64,000 nt of DNA, from NCBI GenBank assembly GCA_013239625.1, contig MU054391.1, positions 7,845,095-7,909,094 of the forward strand, given 5' to 3'. The DNA is from Lama guanicoe. Lineage: Eukaryota. The translations under genes were made by a program, and so were the position numbers. The notes below the pieces were generated by a model that saw only the letters and a list, made by a program, of their open reading frames with translations, had not been told where the DNA came from and did no database searches. Below, in pieces: positions 25,382-38,485 of the stretch. Each line of letters opens with the position of its first letter. Positions within the stretch are counted from its first letter, which is position 1.

Positions 25382-28300
25382 GTGAGTCTCCTTCCTGTCC
25401 AGACCCAGGCACCATTATAGGCTGCTCAGAGCATCTTGCTGGACCGCTGGGGCCGGGCGTTTTTTGCTGCCTGCGGTCCAGGTGAGACAGGAGCGCGGAA
25501 GGGCTAAGAGAGATGAATACTGCAGTGTTTTAAAGATGTTATCAAATGCTCACAAGTGCCAGGATATTCTGTGACCCAGTAATCATATTTATTTTGGTGC
25601 TGTGAGCTCTGAAGGTGGCTGCAAGCCTGTGTAGCATTTTCAGAGTGAATAAGGCAAGACTTTGAAAATCCTGCCTTCAGAATGTTTAGCGCCTGGCCTC
25701 AGTCATTTATCATTCATTCATTCATGCATTCATGCATTCATGCATTCACTCATTCCATAGATATTCCCTGAGTCTGTTCCTAAGTATGAATCACAAGTCT
25801 CAGTACTATGAAGACCAGGATTAGCTAGTCACCTGACCTAGAAAGACATGTTACAGGCCCCGCGTGCAGGTATGTACAGGCCAGAGCGGGGCTGGGGGCT
25901 GGGATATCAGTTCTAACAAAGACTTGGAGAATCAAGAAAGTTTTTATAGGAGAGGTGATTTTGGAGCCAAGGCTTGAAAGGTGAGGAGGTTACAGGCCCC
26001 GTGAGAAGGACCGGCAGGTAAAAAAACCACCAGGGTGCGTGCTCGGCAGTCGAAAGATCTCGGTTATTTTAGGACACGGCAAGACGGGATGCTGGGCATC
26101 TGGGCCCCATTCATGGCTCTTCCATTAACTCATTACATTCTATTTAGCAGACCCCACGGGGGCTCTGCTTTTTCCTCCAGCTGACTCTGATTGTAAAAAC
26201 TCTTTCAAGTGACTTTTTTCTTTTTAACAATGTGCTTTGTTAAAGGAGTGGAGGCTACTGATTTATATTCATTGCTGACTATTCCAAGAATGTTCTAGGG
26301 GCTCTGGGTACATGATGTCATGGAATGTGCATGCCTGCCTTGGGCATCCTCGTCTCCCATGAGGAAAGTGCTTAGTGAAGTGGAGGTTCCATTGTCCCAA
26401 AGCTATTAAGGACCAGCTGAATTCAAGGCTGGCGCACATCATTCAGTCACTCAGCAAACATTCCTGGAGTACCTTTTATGTGACTGGCACAGATCTTGCT
26501 GTCAAATCTGTCTGTCTTCCAGTTAGTTTGCCATCTATGCCAGTGGCCTGTGATATTTTTAGGCTCTTGCTTTTCTAGAAGTCTGATGGCATCCAAATGA
26601 GAGGAGTCTAGTGGGGTGTTCTTTGGTTTTTCCATCTCCGTGGTTTGAGCTCATCGGGCACTAAGTGTCTGGGAAGCATTCTGGGATTAGCACAGGTGAG
26701 AGGGTGTGCTGTTACTTGACCTCAATGGATAACGTTTATAATCCAGCTGAGTTTGCAAGGTGCAGAGGACCGCTGGATTTCCTGGGTGTTAGTTACTGTT
26801 CCATATTTTTACCCATAAAGGAGAATCATACGCATCCACGGTGGCTACTATCTCAGGCTCTGATGCGGATGGGTTTTACTCTTACTAACCTACTAAAGAA
26901 GGTGGGGGGTGCTATTCTGAGATCTAGAGTGTGGGGCCCTGGCTACCGTTCTCTTATTTCAGTCTGGAGTTAAGTTTGACATAGGCAAAAGGGCGTGGCC
27001 CTTTCTAGAAAGAGCTAGAAAGAGGTATCTCATGTGACTGTGAAACCAGGACACTCCACTGGAGCAAGCACGTCAAAGCGCAATCTTTTTTAACTTCAAA
27101 GAGCATTTTCCTCCTGAAAAAGAAAACGTAAGTGACAGGTAGGTCATCAGCCATCCTGGCGTGTCTGAACACCCGAGCCCAGGCAGCCCTGCCTCCCGAG
27201 GGACCGTCGGGGCAAAGAGAGCTCCCCATGTGATCAGGGAGGTGACGGTGACCTTGCTCAAGGTCACACCGATGGTCTGACAACGGAGCTAGTCTAGAAA
27301 TCCTATCATTTCCCTCCAGAGCGCTTTCTCTGCCCCAAACCACACCAAGGTCCCAGTGGACTTGCTTTTTCAAACACGACCAGTGCCTCTGTCTGAGAAG
27401 GTTGCCTTTTTTTTTGAGAACATCCTGAATTTCATCAGTAGCTGATAGGACCTTTTTTTTTCCCACCCAACTATCAACATTTTGTAAAAGATAAATGATG
27501 CTTAGTAGCCTTCTTTCTTCTCGCTGTTTGGTTTTTAAGCTCTCGAATTCTGACTGCGAGACTGTCATTCAGCACACTCTGTGTCTCCCAAAAGCCACTG
27601 AGTTTCATGCTGGAGTCTCTCTTGGTTGCTCTGCACAGTGGCTTCCCGGTGCATCTCTTCTGCATCTCCCGAGGGAAACAGGAGTCAGGGGCCCTGGACC
27701 TGTTTGGGGCTGTGCTGCTGGCAGCTCTCAGTTTTGGTCCTAATCAATAGACAATCCAATAGGTCTAAAAGCTTCCTTCTCTCCTGATGGCATCTAAGTG
27801 TGAGAAACAATGGGTTGAATTTGAGAGGCTTTAAGAGTTGAACGATGGAGTCTTGAATCTGTTTTCTGATCGGTAAGGCATTGGTCCTGGTGGGGGGGGG
27901 GCATGGAGCATAGGAGAAATTTTTGGAAACACTGCTTTATTATGCTTCACATCACCAGACACCTCTTTTGCACATCAGTCTTCTCCCTCTCAAGGATGTG
28001 CTTCTCCATCCTTGAGGAGCTTGAAAGTGATCGAAGGTGAAAGCATTGCGTAGTGAAATTGGCTGTGCCCCACCTGGTCCAGAAAGAGGCCCGCCTTTGT
28101 GCTGACTTCTTATGCATAGATTTTCAATTCTGGGCCGTCTATAACTTTTGAGTCCATGGCCATCCATGAAAACGTTCTTACTGGAACTGTCAGTTGCCCA
28201 CAAGTAGCTTTGCAGACGTACACAGATGACACCCAGTGTTCTGTTAGGACCTGGTGCTCGTGTGCCTGCTGCCTCTGTATTGAGTCTGCAGCACCTCAGA

Positions 28301-30669
28301 TTCTTCTGCTCCTGTTTTATTTGTTTATTTTTATTTATTTATTCTGTTTTATTGGAGCCAGACTCCAATTCTGGCTGTACTACTTATTAGCTACTCGATT
28401 AAGTCAGTTAATGCTTCTGAGCTGCAGTTTCCTCTAAGCAGGAATAATAATTGCATCTCTGTAGGGTGGATGTGAGAGTTGGATGATTCTGTGACTCACG
28501 GGGCAGGGCTACTCAACAGCCGGTCCTAGAGTCACTGATGAAGTGGCACCGTCCTGGGGAGCAGTTCCCAGGGCTCTGGAGGTTCACGGAGAAGGTGGCA
28601 GCCATTTCCGTGAAGAGTCGAGCCCTGGTGATGTAAGGGTTCAGCTTTAAGTCACATCCTCCTTGCTTTTTTGTTTAATTATAATCACTGGATCTGTGTT
28701 AAGAGGGAGACTGACAGGCCAAGTGCATGGCGTGTGGAACTGCAGCGCAGAAGGGGCAGAAGAGGGATAAGAAGGTAGACAAGATGTACAAAGGGGAAGG
28801 CGGACAGAAGTACAGGCAGGGATTGCGGGATCCGCCCCACCAGGCCTGGACCGTCCACTGCGCTTCTGCCCCTGCTGGGAAGTTTCTGCAGGGCAGAGCC
28901 TCCATCATCGCTGTGTTTTGAGGAAGTTAAACCCCTCCCGGAATGGAAGTCACTTTGGACACACCTTTTGCATCCACAGTTCCTGTAGTAAAATCTGAGA
29001 TGTTCTGTGCGAGTAGGAGGGGCCCCCGTGGATGGGGGCCCTGGATCTGAGAAAAGTCAGTGCCCAGATCCCCAAAGGGTGTGCCCGTGCCCTCCGGCGC
29101 CGCTCGCGCTGCCCTGGGGCTGGAGGGATCTGCCGGGCAGCCTGTGCCTTGAGGCCCCAGGCTTCAGTCCCAGCCTCTAAGGGACAAGGCGGGTTACTCC
29201 CGTGGGGAGTCGCTTGCTGTCTGGATTCCAATCTGGCCTCTCGCACTTCTTCACGAACTTAACTTTGACAAGTTACCTAACCTCTCCTGCCCCGGTGCCT
29301 CATCATAACAAGAAGCCTTCCCTCATGAAATTAAATGAATTAACTGCAGCGAACCTGATGCTTGGCGCACAGTCAGCCACCAGCATGTGCTTGCCCCTGC
29401 TGTTTTCAGCCTCCTCTGCACTTGGTGTCTGGCCCTCCTGGTGACACAGGGCCAGCATGTTGAGTCAGATGTGAAGCGCTCTGGATGCCAGTGCAAGCTG
29501 GCGCTGCAGGGGGGCCACCTAAAGAAAGCGGGGGGCATCGTTCCCAGCACCATCCTTGTTTACCAGCTGGATTGCTCCTTCCCTTTAGGACCAGGCTCCT
29601 GGCCAGCTGACCCCCTTCCCTTCCCTTCCCTGCCCCCAAGCACAGTTCAGTGCTGACATTTCTTGGCACAGAAGTAGCCCATGTGAACAGAGAAGACTGC
29701 TTCTGTGTGTGTTTCTTCTTCGGTTAGAAGATCTGTATCTCTTGATGTCACAGGTTTCATTTCCTCTGCTTTGTGGAAGCCAGTCAGTGCCCGCTTCTGC
29801 AGGAGGGAAGCCGGGACCCTTGGGAGGAACCCCGTGGCCCGGGCTCGGGTCCTGCAGCTCCCTGTCGGGTGCAGGCCTTTCCCTCCCACACTAAGAAGTG
29901 CAGAGGACAGGCGCTGGAGCCCTGGAGCCCAGACTCCGCTTTCTTTTATTAATAGCCATTCAGGTTAAGCTGTAGGCTCGTCATACTTTAGGAAAACACC
30001 GTACCTTTTTCTTCTAAGGAGACAGGGCTCCTGGAATTCTCTTATTTATGTTGATGACTTTTATGCACCTCAGACACTGCCCATCCTTAGAGAAAGCTCC
30101 CCTCCCCCCCAGCCTTCTTCCCAGGATGTGTGGGTGAGCTGCCCACCCTCCACCCCAACACTTGCACTCTGTCCCCCACTCTGTTCGTATGTTCCGTGTG
30201 CATCTTGAGTCTGTCTTCATCTGCTGGACCGGGAGCTCCTGGGGGGCAGAGACTGTGCCGTGTGCGCTGTTCCCAGAACATGGTTGTCACTGAATAGATG
30301 AAAATCTCTTCTCTTGAGTAGGAGAAGCTCAGATTGGAGTCTAATGGAGCGGGAGAGGCAGGGAAAGTGCTGATACATTGATCATCTGGGTCATGGCTCA
30401 GAACGGGAGCCCGGAAAGACCAGCCCTTAGGAATCACCCAGAGGCACCTTTTTAACGAGAACTGTTCTCAAAGTTCCGCATCGAGGAACACATGTCCCAT
30501 CATTCCCATTTGATTTAATGATTTATGCAAAAGTGACATTTATTTAAGACACCATTATCAGTGTCTATGGTGGGGGTGTCATTTTATTTATGAAAGGCTT
30601 CAAGTCACCATTAGGGGCGAACTTCCTCAAAATTCTGTGCTTAGAAATAGACGAAATAGTAGGTGTTCC

Positions 30670-30743
30670 TTTTTTTTTTCAATTGAATTATAGTTGATTC
30701 ACTATGCTGTGCACCAGAACCTAACACAACATTATGAATCATT
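30670..30743 (-). mobile_element. Very short 5'-inverted L1 3' fragment
   Basis: Poly-T plus AATTGAATTATAGTTGAT (reverse L1 terminus) abuts forward-oriented TTCACTATGCTGTGCACCAGAACCTAACACAACATT, homologous to 10855-10890. Confidence 0.65.
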
Positions 30744-32029
30744 AATAGTGGGTTTTCTAGCTAGCCTGTTTACTGTTTGGGCTTACTCAGTTAGCTGATG
30801 GGGTAGACTGCCCCCGGACGCCTGGCAGATGAGGTGAGAGTTTTGAGTCCTCTGCTTAACCATTTGACCTTGGCCTGCCTTCTCTGACGTGGGTTGGAGA
30901 TAATGAACTTAAAAGTAGCCGGTGCACAGCCTGGCAGCCTAAGCAGGGACTTAGAAAGAATAGCTGTCATGACTGCCCTCGGGCGGCATCTGAGGCTTTG
31001 AGCCTCATACCCCAACAATCTAGAAATTCGTGTATTTGCTTAACAAATGTTTGTGGAGGACCCAGTATATGCCTGGCACTATTCTAGGTGCTGGAGGTAC
31101 TCCACTGGCATATGAAACAGAAACCCTGCTCTTATGGGACTTACATTTTAGTGAAACTGTATCTCGGGTCCATCATACCAGACCCTGTTCTAACTACACT
31201 TAAATTAACTGCTTTAATCCTAAGCAGTCACTACATTTAAATAGAGAAATTTAAACCCAATAAGTGAGGGACTGCGACTGTTACCACCATTTTACAGATG
31301 AAGAAACTGAGGCTCAGGGTCTTACAGTGAATCAGCAGCAGACCTGCGGGTGGTACCCAGGAGACCTGGCTCCCGAGCTTAGATCTTCAAATGCTACATT
31401 AGCTCCAGGAAGCTGCCACCAAGTAAAATACCACCCTTGGGCTCAACCTGTAGAAAGAATTTTCTGGTGCAGTTAGGCAACAAGTGAACACCACGAGGAC
31501 CTGGCCGACTGGGGTCTGGGTGAAGCCCAGTGGTCAGATTTCTCTGAGCAGTCATGGCCGACGTAGACTGGGCCACCAGGCACCCAACCCGAAGGCAATC
31601 CTGCTATATCCTGTTCCATTTTATGGAGCAGGCTTTGTTTCCTCTGCAGAACTATAAGCCAAGATCCTTTTAACTTTCTGTCCCTCATGCCTCGCACAGG
31701 ACCCAGCATTGTAAGCACTCAGTGTATGTATGACAGTTGACTCAATGGGTGATGAATAGACCCATATGCCCTGAAGGCATAAATGTTGTAAGAAAAATCC
31801 CCTAAATATACTGACAGCAGAAGTCAGTGGTTGGAAACACATTTTAATGTCTCTTACCCAGGCGTCTTTGGAATTGCTCTAAACCATGGACTAGAATCCA
31901 GCCTATTTGAAATTTCCTTGGGTTCTAGACATTGTGGTTCTTAAGCACAGTCGCACCTAGATGCCCTGAGCGCTTGGCAGCAAGTTGGAGCTGGAGGCGT
32001 CTTAGCCCTGGGAATCGCACCATCTCACA

Positions 32030-32570
32030 AACATTTATTAAGCACCTATGATACACTATCTGCAGTGTTAGGTGCCGGGGGTGCAAGAATCAACACGAGA
32101 CAGCCTCGCCGAATGGAAGACACAGTGCAATGGTTATTGCTAACACCGTGTCACAGAGGAAGGGTGTGCGTTAGCTGTCTGGAAGCAGGAAGAGGGTATC
32201 CCCAAGATGGAGTGGGGTGTAGAGAATGCCTGCATCAGGCAGGAGATGGGCTCCTTCGCAGGGCTGTTCCGAGTGACGTGGGAGGGAAGGGGAGGGAGTC
32301 CAGAAAGTGCGAGCAGTGTGTGGGGAGGGCGGGCACTGTGCGGGGACAGAGACGGGGCTGAGGAGGGGAGCAGAGGTCTAGGGCCTTGGCTTCCTGCCTG
32401 AGACCTTGACCTTGACCTGAAGCTCAGGACAATCCAGTGAAGGCTTTGTTCTAGACGGTGCAGGGACGGGGTCAGGCTGGGATTCTGAAAGTGTGTGTGA
32501 AGGATGGACTGGGGATGGATATCGGCTTCTGAATGCTGGGGCTGAACCAGGACTCCAGCAGTGGGACTGA
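32030..32570 (-). mobile_element. L2 LINE 3' remnant
   Basis: CAAACATTTATTAAGCACCTATG…GGTGCCGGGG head followed by purine-rich degenerate L2-like sequence. Similar heads occur at ~2180, 3810-4000, 25700, 26450 and 31040. Confidence 0.55.
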
Positions 32571-35500
32571 GGCGGGGAGGGGTAAAGGGGGATTTAAACC
32601 CAACTCGTTTATGTTAACAGATACAGAAATCCAGAAGGGAAGTTCCTTCCCCGAAGTGCAAAAACATATTATTGATACGACCAAGATCAGAACCCAGCTC
32701 TGACGTCCTGAACTGGTTCAGTATGTGCCGAGGCCACCCGGGCGAGCCCCTGTTCAGAGCTCTGCCAAGTGGGGCACCCCTGTCTGGCCCAGTGTGTGGA
32801 GCAACTGCTTACAGAGCTCCAGGGGGTGGCGAAGTTGGAGGGATGGCCTGGCTCCTACCCCGCCCATGGGGCATGGGTAGAAATGTTCTGGGCATCAAGT
32901 CAGTCTGTGCAGCAAGGTGTGGACAGTCCCTCAGTGTGCGCCTGGCTCTCCCTGGAAGGATCAGGGCTGAGTGGGCCCTCGGGGCAGCGCCGTCCAGCAG
33001 GGAGCAGAGGTGATTGTTTGCAGAAGCTTTTCTGAGAGGCTGAGTGGATGGATTTGGGGTCTGGGGATCATCGGGGATCCAGGTCTAAATGCAGGGGAGC
33101 TAGAGGTGGATGGAGTATTGATAAGGAGTCTGGAGCTTCATTGCCTCCCTTAGTTTCCCGGGTCTGTTTACGGAGATGGGAGGCAGGCTGCAGTGTGGGA
33201 GGTCCTCCGAGTGGGCAGAAGGCCTCATAGGTAGAACGACTTCCCCGTTCCCACCAGGGCCACGGACGTGCACCTGCCCTCACGGCCAGGCAACCGGTGC
33301 TGGGAAACACCAGGGAGCTGGAGTCGGCTTACGTCTCTCATCCCAGCTGCGCTGTTCCCAAGCCAGCAGCTTCAAGCTGCATTTTCTCATGCATCAAACC
33401 TGTGCAGGAACCCCCGCCTCCCAGATTGTGGGTGGTGTAAGGCAGTGAGAGGACACACCGCCCTGTAGAACTAACCAGCCCTCCCCTGTGTCCCCCCACT
33501 GGCCCTGAAGTGGTTCCCTCACTGCTTTACTTGCTGCTCTCTTGTCAATTTGTGAGCAGCGTGACCTCTGTGTTGGGTCTGTTCCCTGAATCTACAGGAC
33601 CTGGCTCATCGTGGCTCTCCGAGGTGACTGTTGGAAAATCTGTGCAGACAGGAAACAGAATTAAAGGTGTGAGGATTTATTGGGCAGTTTAGTGGCTGGT
33701 GGAGTCCCAGTGGTGGCTGCCCGGTCAGCATGATGCAGCCCCTGATGTTGGGATGGTCCTTCCTCGGGGCCCCCCAGCAGTAGCCCAGCTGGGACCCTTG
33801 CTGGACAAGCGGACTGGCAGCCAAGGTGGCTTTGCAGTAGCGGACAAAGCAAGGCCAGACCTGGCTGCAGCTGCCCTTTCTCGCTAGACCCCTTGCCTGC
33901 TTGGGTCCACCCCGTGGGATAGCCTTCAGAGACTTCAGATTCCACTGACCTCAGGCCACCCGACTTCCCGTCCAGACCAAGCCCACTTCTTCTGGCTGAA
34001 CTCCCAGCCTGGCCTCTCCCTGGCCCACCCTGTCCTGATCTCTTCCTGCTGAGAGACCAGGGTGGGGTTTGAGATTTAAAAGCAAAACATGATTAGCTTG
34101 TGTATGCAATGTCTCCCATTTTGGACAGAGCACCGAATGTGGAGGTGGAAAGCCTGGGTTTAAATCCCAGCTCTGCCACTCACTGGCCAGGTGGCCTTGG
34201 ACTCATTACATCTGCTTTCTGTACCTCAGTTTCTCCATCTAGTAGGTGGGCAGGACCACCTACCAGCATCTACCTCATGAACTATAGCAATTAGATCATG
34301 TATGTGTTGGTTTTATATGTGATCTGGTGCTGAATAAACCTGGGACCATACTGGTTTCCATAAGCCCAAGATCTTCCTTTAACAGTTCCCCTGTCTTTGA
34401 CACCAAGTGAATCAGTGATGTGATGCCAGGATGCATTTGGGGATGACACTGACGTCAGAATCATCCTGATGTGGGTCAGAGCTCGGTTTTTTCAGTTACT
34501 CTGTGTATGACCTAAAATATGTATTCTCTGTGCCTCAGTTTCCTTGTTGTTTAGGAAGGTTGCACATATCAGAACATTTTCCTTTCAGTTTTGTTATGAG
34601 AAATGGTGATGTAGAATGAAAAACATCCCGGCATTTCGTAAACGTTTCATTTATGGTCGTTGTTCCTGTAATTATTACATTAACGTCAGGACGTTACATG
34701 GGAAGTGTTGCAGTCCCTATAGTGTAAGAGTTAAAGAAAACGTAAGACAGGGAAATTGGCAGCTAGAAGAGCCCTTTCAGGCCATTGGTTCCCATTTTAC
34801 AGAAGGGAAACTGAGGCTGAAAGAGCCTGTGGTCACACCGCTCGGTTCACTCAGCGGCCCATAGGGAGCCACTCAAGCCTCTGCTGAGATGGGCAGGACC
34901 TGGGGTCCCGGCTGTCAAGGCGGTGCGGCTGCTCTGTCGGGGCGGGGAGTGGAAGGGCATCCTGCTGGTTCTGGCCTCCTCATCGGGCTCGGATCCAATG
35001 GCAGGAGGCCTGGCACTGGGCTCAGCCTGCACCTGGGCACAGGCTGCCTCTGTGTCAGCCTTGTTCATTCAGAGGTTGAAAGCAAAGCAGGCCGCTCCCT
35101 GCCTGTGCCAGGGACAGGTTACAGAACGCACACCGGGGTGCAGCTTGCCGGCCAAATCAACCCTGCCCAGGCCTCGTGGCTCTGAGCTCTCTCCTCCAAG
35201 AAGCGGCAGGAGATCACCACTGTCGTTCACAGCTTTTTGCTGACACAAATCTCTACCGTCCTCCCTTGTCACGTTCAGGAATCTCTCTCCTTCATGTGCC
35301 ATCTCTAGTCCTACCACCTCCAGGAAGCCCATCTTGATAACCTTAGTCCAGACCGAATAAAGTGAGCAGGAGTGAGCCGGGTGCTCATTTGGAGGAAGAA
35401 CATTCTAGGCAGGGGTGGGAAACAAAACAAAACAAAAACAAGTGCAAATGACCCAGGAAGGAACCGGGCCCAGAATCCACGTTCATCTCAGTCTGCCTGA

Positions 35501-38039
35501 GGCTTGTCCATCTGTCTCCCTGTGCAGGCTTCGGGGTTGAATGTGAGAGCCTTATCTTAATAATCAGATCAATTGGAGTTTCCTCCATTTTTGCAGGTTT
35601 ACTATGCCAGGCTCTTTGTGCTAGCGTTGTTTCACTTAAGCTTCACAGAAAGCAAGCAGAAGGGCGTGACTTGGGTCTGTGCGTAGTTTAAATGCCCGAG
35701 TGATCAGCGGGACATTTGAATTACTATGGCTGCCGATGCTTCTGTCGATTTTTATGAAAACCGATTCCCCTGCCTGGAAATTCCTAATCCCGGGACTGTT
35801 CAGGGGACGGCAGAAGCTGAAAGCGGGTTCCTTCATTTCCTCCCCTTCTGACACAAGCAGGTGCTCTGCCAGGCACTCCCCACACACAGTCCTGGGAAGG
35901 GAGGGCCAGGCCCCACCCCCAGGGGAGAAGCCGAGCCCCAGAGACCTTCCCAGGGCCCCGCAGTTGTGGAGCACGTCCGGCCCCCGACGTGTGTGCACCC
36001 CGGAAGGTCCTCGTTTAAAGACGTAATCCAGACCTCGTGCCTCCAGCCTGGCCTGGGAGTGATGTAAACAAGTTCAGGATGTTCCCAGAGGGAGGCGAGG
36101 TCAGAAGATGCCTGGAGCGCGGCATTTCCTCCCCATCCTTTTCTAGGCTTCTCTCCCCCTGCCCCCATCGCCTGCTTGGGAGGTGTGGGCGCCTGGGCAC
36201 AAGGGCAGGCTGCTGCCCCAGGGGCCAGCTCCCTGGCGCTCCCGCTCAGCTCACAGCCCAGAGACAGGTGCGGCCCCGGCCTTCCATTAGCCTTTCTGTG
36301 TACCTGAGCTGCCTACCCTCTCTGAGCGTTAGGCTCAGTGTCTACGTCCAGGAATAACCACTCTTGCCTTGGAAGTTGAATTTAAAATTTTAAAGAGGAA
36401 ATGTATGTGGACGCTTGGCGGGTGCTTTAGTCCGTAGGTGGTGTTGGATGCTTGGTGCTTGGTGATTGTCAAACTGCAATTTGAATCCAGGCCTCTGACG
36501 TCAAGACCCCGAGCTGGACTGGTTCCCATGTGATGGCTCTGCCACAGCAGACACTGGACCCGGAGGGACCAGCAGACCCAGTCCCTGCCCCCGGGAGCTC
36601 AGCTTCTGACAGGAGGAGGATGTAGCGGCAGGTGGGTCAGCTTAGGGGCAGCCCAGGTCAGCAGCACGTGGATGGCTTTATTTTTAATTCTCATTCGCAG
36701 ATTCATTAGGTATTTACCGAGCCGCTGAGTCCTTGTCTTGACTTGAAGGAGAAGAGAGGTGAACTCAGGTGAGGGGGGTTCATTGACGAGATAAGGACCT
36801 TGTCCGTTTTCTAAAGCCCTTGCCTACGATCTGGAGAAGGGCTCCGGAAGAGGGATGAGATGACTGACAGTGGGGTCCCTGCTGCCTGTGGGTGGGAGGG
36901 AGTGACGGCAACTGGGTGAAGGAGAAAGTCAGAATCCAGGATTATGACGTGGAAGGGGACAGGAATGAAAAAGGGACTTTAGACTTGACTTAGCAGGAAG
37001 AGCTAGATTCGGTGAAGTCTGTTCCCGCAAAGGACTGAGCCAGGAGCAAAGTAGTCCCTATAATCACATCTCCCACCCGCCTCCATCCCAACAGGTACCT
37101 GAGGTTTGGCCATTTACAAAGCCTGCGCTCCCAGGAGCCTTCACCTGCCCTCCACTTAATGGTGGCCAGGTACCCAGAGCAGGGCCGGATTTCTTTAAAG
37201 GCGAGCACACAGACGCTCTGAGGGGTCGGCAGTGTGCCTGGTCCTTTCGCTCTTGGATTGAGCATCTGCTCTACGCCGGGTTCTAGTCTGGGTGCTGGAG
37301 GTGCGGCAGGACAAGCAGGCGGTGTTCTTGACACCCAAAGTGACCTCGGGCACCTGCCCACGAGCCCCTGGAGGTGGGAATGAGGCGATGACCCTGAAAT
37401 GACCACCAGCATAAGATATAGAAGATAAACGCACAACTGTGTAAATGCGAACGCATAGTGTCCAGCAGTGAGGAGGGAGGTGCGGGATTCTGGCGTGGGC
37501 GAGGGTGCTGCTTTATTTTATGTAGGGGGGTTGGACTACGTCCCTTTAATCAAGGGCATCTGGGCAGAGACCTGAAAAGAGTGAGCGGGAGCGCTAGCTG
37601 CGGGGACTGCGAGCTGCACGTGTCTGGAAGGACATTCCTGGCGGGGGGACGTGAGCAGAGGCCCCAGGAAGGACCTGACTGGTTAGCGTCTGTGAGGAGC
37701 AGTGTAGAGGCTGGACCGGGGCGGGGCAGGGCAGGAGAGGGCGGCGCCGCTGAAGATGCGGTCATCCTGCAGCTCCGCAAGACAGTCGCCCCCACTTGGA
37801 TGAGCTGAGACATTACCCGGGGCAGGGGGGTTGGCAGAGAAACCCAGCCCTGAACCTGAATCGTCTGATTCCAAGTCTCATGCTTCTTTCCCTGGACCAT
37901 TGCCCCTTGTCCCACAGATGCAATGGCTTATTATTATTATTATTATTCCCATTGCTGTAATTATTCCCATAGCTGCTCTGCTGCCAAGACTTGAACTTTG
38001 GAGCCGAGGAGTCTGGCTGCTCCCGAGCGTGCTGCTGGT

Positions 38040-38115
38040 GAGGGCAGGGCGAGGGGAGCTGTGGAGAGAACCCACGTGTGCCTGTGGTGTGCGCCCCCTC
38101 CCCTCCCCACCTTGG
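38040..38115 (+). other. Diverged sequence orthologous to human MIR3125 (TRIB2 intron 2); miRNA status unproven
   Basis: GAGGGGAGCTGTGGAGAGAACCCACGTGTGCCTGTGG resembles the human mir-3125 precursor as recalled (…GAGGAAGCUGUGGAGAGAACUCACGGUGCCUGUGG…). It lies ~2.4 kb upstream of exon 3, the expected syntenic position. Confidence 0.55.
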
Positions 38116-38366
38116 GTCAGCTCCGCCTGCCACCTGAGATTAGGAAAAGCAGGAGGAGGAAGAGATTTGTGTTTAATCCGCTCAATTCCAGATTAGCACA
38201 TCTAGACCTTCCTATTTTTATATATCATTACTCTGGGGAAGGAGAAGGGCGTGTACACTCTAGATTATAACAGAATGTGGGTGAGCAAGTAAAAAAGATA
38301 CGTTGCTGTATATTGCAGAATCCCAGAATGTTAAAACTGGCAGGGACTTAAAGGCGATCTTGTCCA

Positions 38367-38485
38367 GATGGATGCACAGCTGTGTGCGTGTACTTAATGC
38401 TGCCGAACTGTACACTTACAAATGGTTAAAATGGTACATTATATCTTATGTATACTGCACCACAATGAAAATATTGAAAAAAAAA
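38367..38485 (+). mobile_element. L1M (L1MB-like) 3' end inserted in a MIR
   Basis: GTACTTAATGCTGCCGAACTGTACACTTACAAATGGTTAAAATGGTA plus poly(A); degenerate TSD at 38350-38366 / 38486-38502. Confidence 0.75.
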
